Part shown: piece by piece, positions 60,802-64,000 of the stretch
Layout of the letters: every line of letters starts with the position of its first letter
Position numbering within the stretch: the first letter of the stretch is position 1
Assembly (NCBI GenBank): GCA_977017575.1
Contig: CDRNVI010000089.1
Location: forward strand, 92,912 to 156,911
Direction: 5' to 3'
DNA length: 64,000 bases
From: Paramoeba atlantica
Taxonomy: Eukaryota; Protista; Discosea
Made by a program: the position numbers and the translations under genes
The notes under the pieces: model-generated
The model's input: the letters and a program-made list of their open reading frames with translations, nothing else
Told to the model about the DNA's origin: nothing
The model's database searches: none

Positions 60802-61653
60802 TTACTCCGTCTCTTGCAAAAACGCATGCTCCAGGCACTCTGCCGCGGTCCACCTCTTCAACGGGTCTCGCCTCAAACACCCCTCTAGAAAACCTTCCAA
60901 CACAGGCGGCAGGGCTCCACGGTCAATTTGATTCGGCCACCCCTGGCTACGCGCAATCGTCGCCACCAGTGCCATAGTGTTTCGAGCAGGAGGGGAACGC
61001 CACGGGGGGTGGCCGCTAAACATCTCCGCTACGGTACACCCCGCGGACCAGATATCTGCCTTTCCAGGATCATACCCAAGTTCCTCGGTGATCACCTCTG
61101 GAGCCATCCAGAATGGAGTCCCGGCCAGGGTCTGGGCAATCCCCTGGGTGCCCATGACCCGAGCCTGGTCAAAATCCGCAAGTTTCGCAATCCCTTGTTC
61201 AGCAGAAATTAGCACATTGTCGGGCTTTACATCACGATGGGCAATGTCTCGAGAATGGAGGTAGTGGAGTGCTCGAAACAGATGCCGCGCGTAGACCCGG
61301 AGAACCGCAAAAGGAAGCCGACCCTCTGGGAGGGTTTTCATTAACCCCCGGACCGAACCCCCGGAGACGAACTCGAGAAACACACGCAGGGAGGGGGCGG
61401 GGAGGGTGTGGGGGGAGGGGGGCTCACGGAGAGACCCGAGGTAGCGCACAATGTAGGGAGAGGAAAGGGATTTGTGGAGCTGGACTTCTTTCTCTACCAG
61501 GGAGTTAGGTTCCGAGTCCGGCTCACACCCCAGGGGAATCACTTTCACGGCAACCAGACGACCATCGGGCATAAGACCTGCGTAAACGGAGCCAAAGGTC
61601 CCGGAGCCTATTTTTTGGCCCATCGTGACGTTGCGCAGCGTCTCTGTGTTCAT
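60802..61653 (-). CDS. Ser/Thr protein kinase, STE11/MAP3K-like
   Basis: IGSGTFGSV, VAVK, FLEFVSGGS, HRDVKPDN, KLADFD (DFG variant), GTPFWMAPE, ADIWSAGCTVAEM, RDP.KR.TA..LEHAF. Confidence 0.88.
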   Translation of the reverse strand: MNTETLRNVTMGQKIGSGTFGSVYAGLMPDGRLVAVKVIPLGCEPDSEPNSLVEKEVQLHKSLSSPYIVRYLGSLREPPSPHTLPAPSLRVFLEFVSGGSVRGLMKTLPEGRLPFAVLRVYARHLFRALHYLHSRDIAHRDVKPDNVLISAEQGIAKLADFDQARVMGTQGIAQTLAGTPFWMAPEVITEELGYDPGKADIWSAGCTVAEMFSGHPPWRSPPARNTMALVATIARSQGWPNQIDRGALPPVLEGFLEGCLRRDPLKRWTAAECLEHAFLQETE

Positions 61654-61723
61654 TGCGAGGTCGATATTAGAGCAATGGAAGAATCAGTCGGGTGTTTAGT
61701 TTCCCACTACCATTTCGGTGATA

Positions 61724-61760
61724 CTTGAAAGAGAAAATAGATTGAGCTAGAAAACAAAAA
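61724..61760 (-). promoter_or_regulatory. Putative trans-splice acceptors for the kinase gene
   Basis: Minus strand tttttgttttctAG and tctattttctctttcaAG, upstream of ATG 61653. Confidence 0.45.
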
Positions 61761-62164
61761 TCAAAATATGTAATCGAAAACAGAGTACTGTAGTAAAAAC
61801 TAAAGACCAGCGATCCTTGCACAGCTCATACACCACGTTAAACTTCATTGATGAACTCTATAAGAAGAATTATGACCAAAATGTTGATGAGGTTACAGAA
61901 AAGAAGGTATTCGACGCACATAAAAGTATAAGTAATCAGGAAAAATCAAGCAAAGTATTGGGTGATTATAGGAAGAGGTTTTCAATATTCTGTCAAAAGT
62001 GTTCCACAGAACTGGGGTGCATACTTCTCCCATATTTTCTGTAATACAACGTGCTTCGAGTTTTCCATTATAAATGACAACATTCAACATTTGCAGAATA
62101 ACTCCACAAATAAATGATTATCCAAAATATTCATGAATTTGTGGTTAAGCGTAAGGTCGTAATC

Positions 62165-63535
62165 CTACGCTGTCTGACACTGAGCCTGGTTGCTGGAGCT
62201 CCCATGTCGCTTTTTCTTATTTGTATAGGTTGTGCGGTTGCCATACGTCGAGGAACTCACCTTTTCCACCCCCGGGGATATTTCCTCATTGGAGGCCTCT
62301 GCCTTACTCCACTCATGTTGCTTGTTTTGGACGAAATCCTCCGCGCTAGAAGGGACCACGTCCGGTACAATAACCTCAGAAGAGTATGTAGTCTCGAGTT
62401 TGACATGTGGAGGAGTCCCGAGAACTTTCTGAAGCTCCTTGCGGTTCTCCGCACTCAGTGTGGTAGGCATAGAAACGGTCACGATCACATATAAATTCCC
62501 CCGCGTACCGTTTTTTCGCGGCATCCCCTCATTACGGAGCAACAAAACACTGCCTGTGGAGAGTACGCTATGCGGGGTCGTCTTCACGACCAACTTTCGC
62601 CCATCCAGGTGGGAGATCACAAACTCACCACCTGTCAGAGCGTGCACCAAAGAAATTTTCTGCTTCACCAGTAGGTCATACCCTTGACGCTGAAATACAG
62701 GGTGCTTTCGCACCTCCACCTGCACGTGAAGATCGCCGGGGGAGGCTCCCGGGATACAGCCCGCCTGGGAGCGTAACACAATCACATCCATGTGAAACAC
62801 AGAGGCGTCCAGGGGCACCGGCACGTCCGCGTTCACGTTCTCGAAACCTTCCCCTTTGCAGCTCCCACAGGCATCCTCCCGACGCAGGCTCTGGCCCTGG
62901 CCGTGACAGGTGCGACAGGTGGTGATAAACTGCTGCACCATTCCGGGTCCGACATGGTTCACGACGGTCTCCTGGCCCGTGCCGTGGCATTTGCCGCACT
63001 TTTTCTTTGCCCCTGGTTTGGTAGAGCCCGCGCCCATACATTTCGTACATACAGCGGGCCGACGAATCAGGACAGTCTTCTCCCGTCCCTTATAAAGGTC
63101 TTCCAGGGTGACGGAGATGGACATGGCCTTGTCCTCGGTCATGGGTGAGGCCTCGGGGCCCGCGGAGCGCCCGCCAAAGAATTGGCTAAAGATATCGTTG
63201 GGATCAAAACCAGGGCCCGGACCTCCGCTTTCAGAAAGTCCCTCGCGTCCGTACTGATCATACATGGAACGCTTACTGGCGTCGCTCAGCACGGAGTACG
63301 CTTCGTTGATTTTCGTGAACTCCTCGGAACTTCCGCCTTGGTCGGGATGTTTTTCAATTGCTTTTTTGCGGTATGCCTTTTTAATTTCATCTTGTGAGGC
63401 ACTGCGGGAAATGCCAAGAAGGTCGTAAAAATCTTCCTGATCACTCTTTTTGTGTGCGTAGGAACGTGTTGCCTGGGATGAGGCGAATATGCGTCCCAGA
63501 GCAAGGCCGGGTCCTCTGGAGACTCGACGAAACAT
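62165..63535 (-). CDS. Type I DnaJ (DNAJA-like) chaperone
   Basis: J-domain with HPD, G/F region, four CxxCxGxG repeats, substrate-binding domain, C-terminal CQTA (CaaX-like); ATG at 63535 gives an N-terminal extension. Confidence 0.92.
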   Translation of the reverse strand: MFRRVSRGPGLALGRIFASSQATRSYAHKKSDQEDFYDLLGISRSASQDEIKKAYRKKAIEKHPDQGGSSEEFTKINEAYSVLSDASKRSMYDQYGREGLSESGGPGPGFDPNDIFSQFFGGRSAGPEASPMTEDKAMSISVTLEDLYKGREKTVLIRRPAVCTKCMGAGSTKPGAKKKCGKCHGTGQETVVNHVGPGMVQQFITTCRTCHGQGQSLRREDACGSCKGEGFENVNADVPVPLDASVFHMDVIVLRSQAGCIPGASPGDLHVQVEVRKHPVFQRQGYDLLVKQKISLVHALTGGEFVISHLDGRKLVVKTTPHSVLSTGSVLLLRNEGMPRKNGTRGNLYVIVTVSMPTTLSAENRKELQKVLGTPPHVKLETTYSSEVIVPDVVPSSAEDFVQNKQHEWSKAEASNEEISPGVEKVSSSTYGNRTTYTNKKKRHGSSSNQAQCQTA

Positions 63536-64000
63536 GGGAGAGTAGTGAACAGTAAAAACCACGTATGAAGCTAGTTAAAAGTTTCAGCTTAAAATCGGAT
63601 GTACAACCGGATGTATGTATTCAATGCGTTTACGAAAAAGAATCTAGTCCAAGTAAACTACTAGTCTAGTAGGTGATAAAATACGTCGGCGTAATTCAGA
63701 AGTTCCGTTTTCACAAAAATCTTGAAGAAAGAGGCATCAAAAAAGACCTGTCTTACAAGAATGCTATGCCTCAATGATTCATACGTTACGAATCCTTTTA
63801 ACAAAAGGATGACGTCTGCGATTTAACAAACACATATTTTTTGCGTCACCCCATCACATTACCTAGAACATCCACATAAGTGAATGAAACTATCCCCCAT
63901 AATCAACATGCTAGACCTAGAATACAATACTTTACCCCTATACGTTATCCACACATTTCTGTCCTCTCTACACCCCTTTCTACCTAAACAAACCTTAATC

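Noticed and set aside
1-64000. rRNA, tRNA, telomeric (TTAGGG)n arrays, cis-introns
   Set aside because: None recognised by eye; a tRNAscan/Rfam run would be needed to exclude small RNAs.

Overview
Eukaryotic, intron-less kinetoplastid-type DNA. All 22 recognisable host genes lie on the minus strand as one directional cluster, and several have polypyrimidine/AG trans-splice-like acceptors upstream. Lineage markers are an ApbE-flavocytochrome-b5 reductase fusion fumarate reductase and a PDZ-containing TOR. Short intergenic gaps, divergent proteins and abundant DNA transposons suggest a non-trypanosomatid, Perkinsela-like kinetoplastid; this is inference, not a database match. Three transposon islands (about 23.2-32.2 kb, 37.3-44.4 kb and 46.3-48.6 kb) interrupt the cluster. 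I resolved many elements by hand from terminal inverted repeats (TIRs), target-site duplications (TSDs) and paralogous empty sites. They include Tc1/IS630-like DD35E elements, a hAT pseudogene, a GG-ended element with an 8-bp TSD (Merlin-like) and several MITEs. Most notable: (i) a bacterial IS30-like element inserted into the TIR of another transposon; (ii) an ~500-nt multi-hairpin cassette with compensatory changes, shared by two transposons with unrelated TIRs; (iii) a TA-flanked TIR family carrying different cargo ORFs, one a Ulp1/C48-like protease; (iv) a four-layer nested insertion. No rRNA, tRNA or CRISPR array was found. All family assignments come from motif recognition by eye, without searches.
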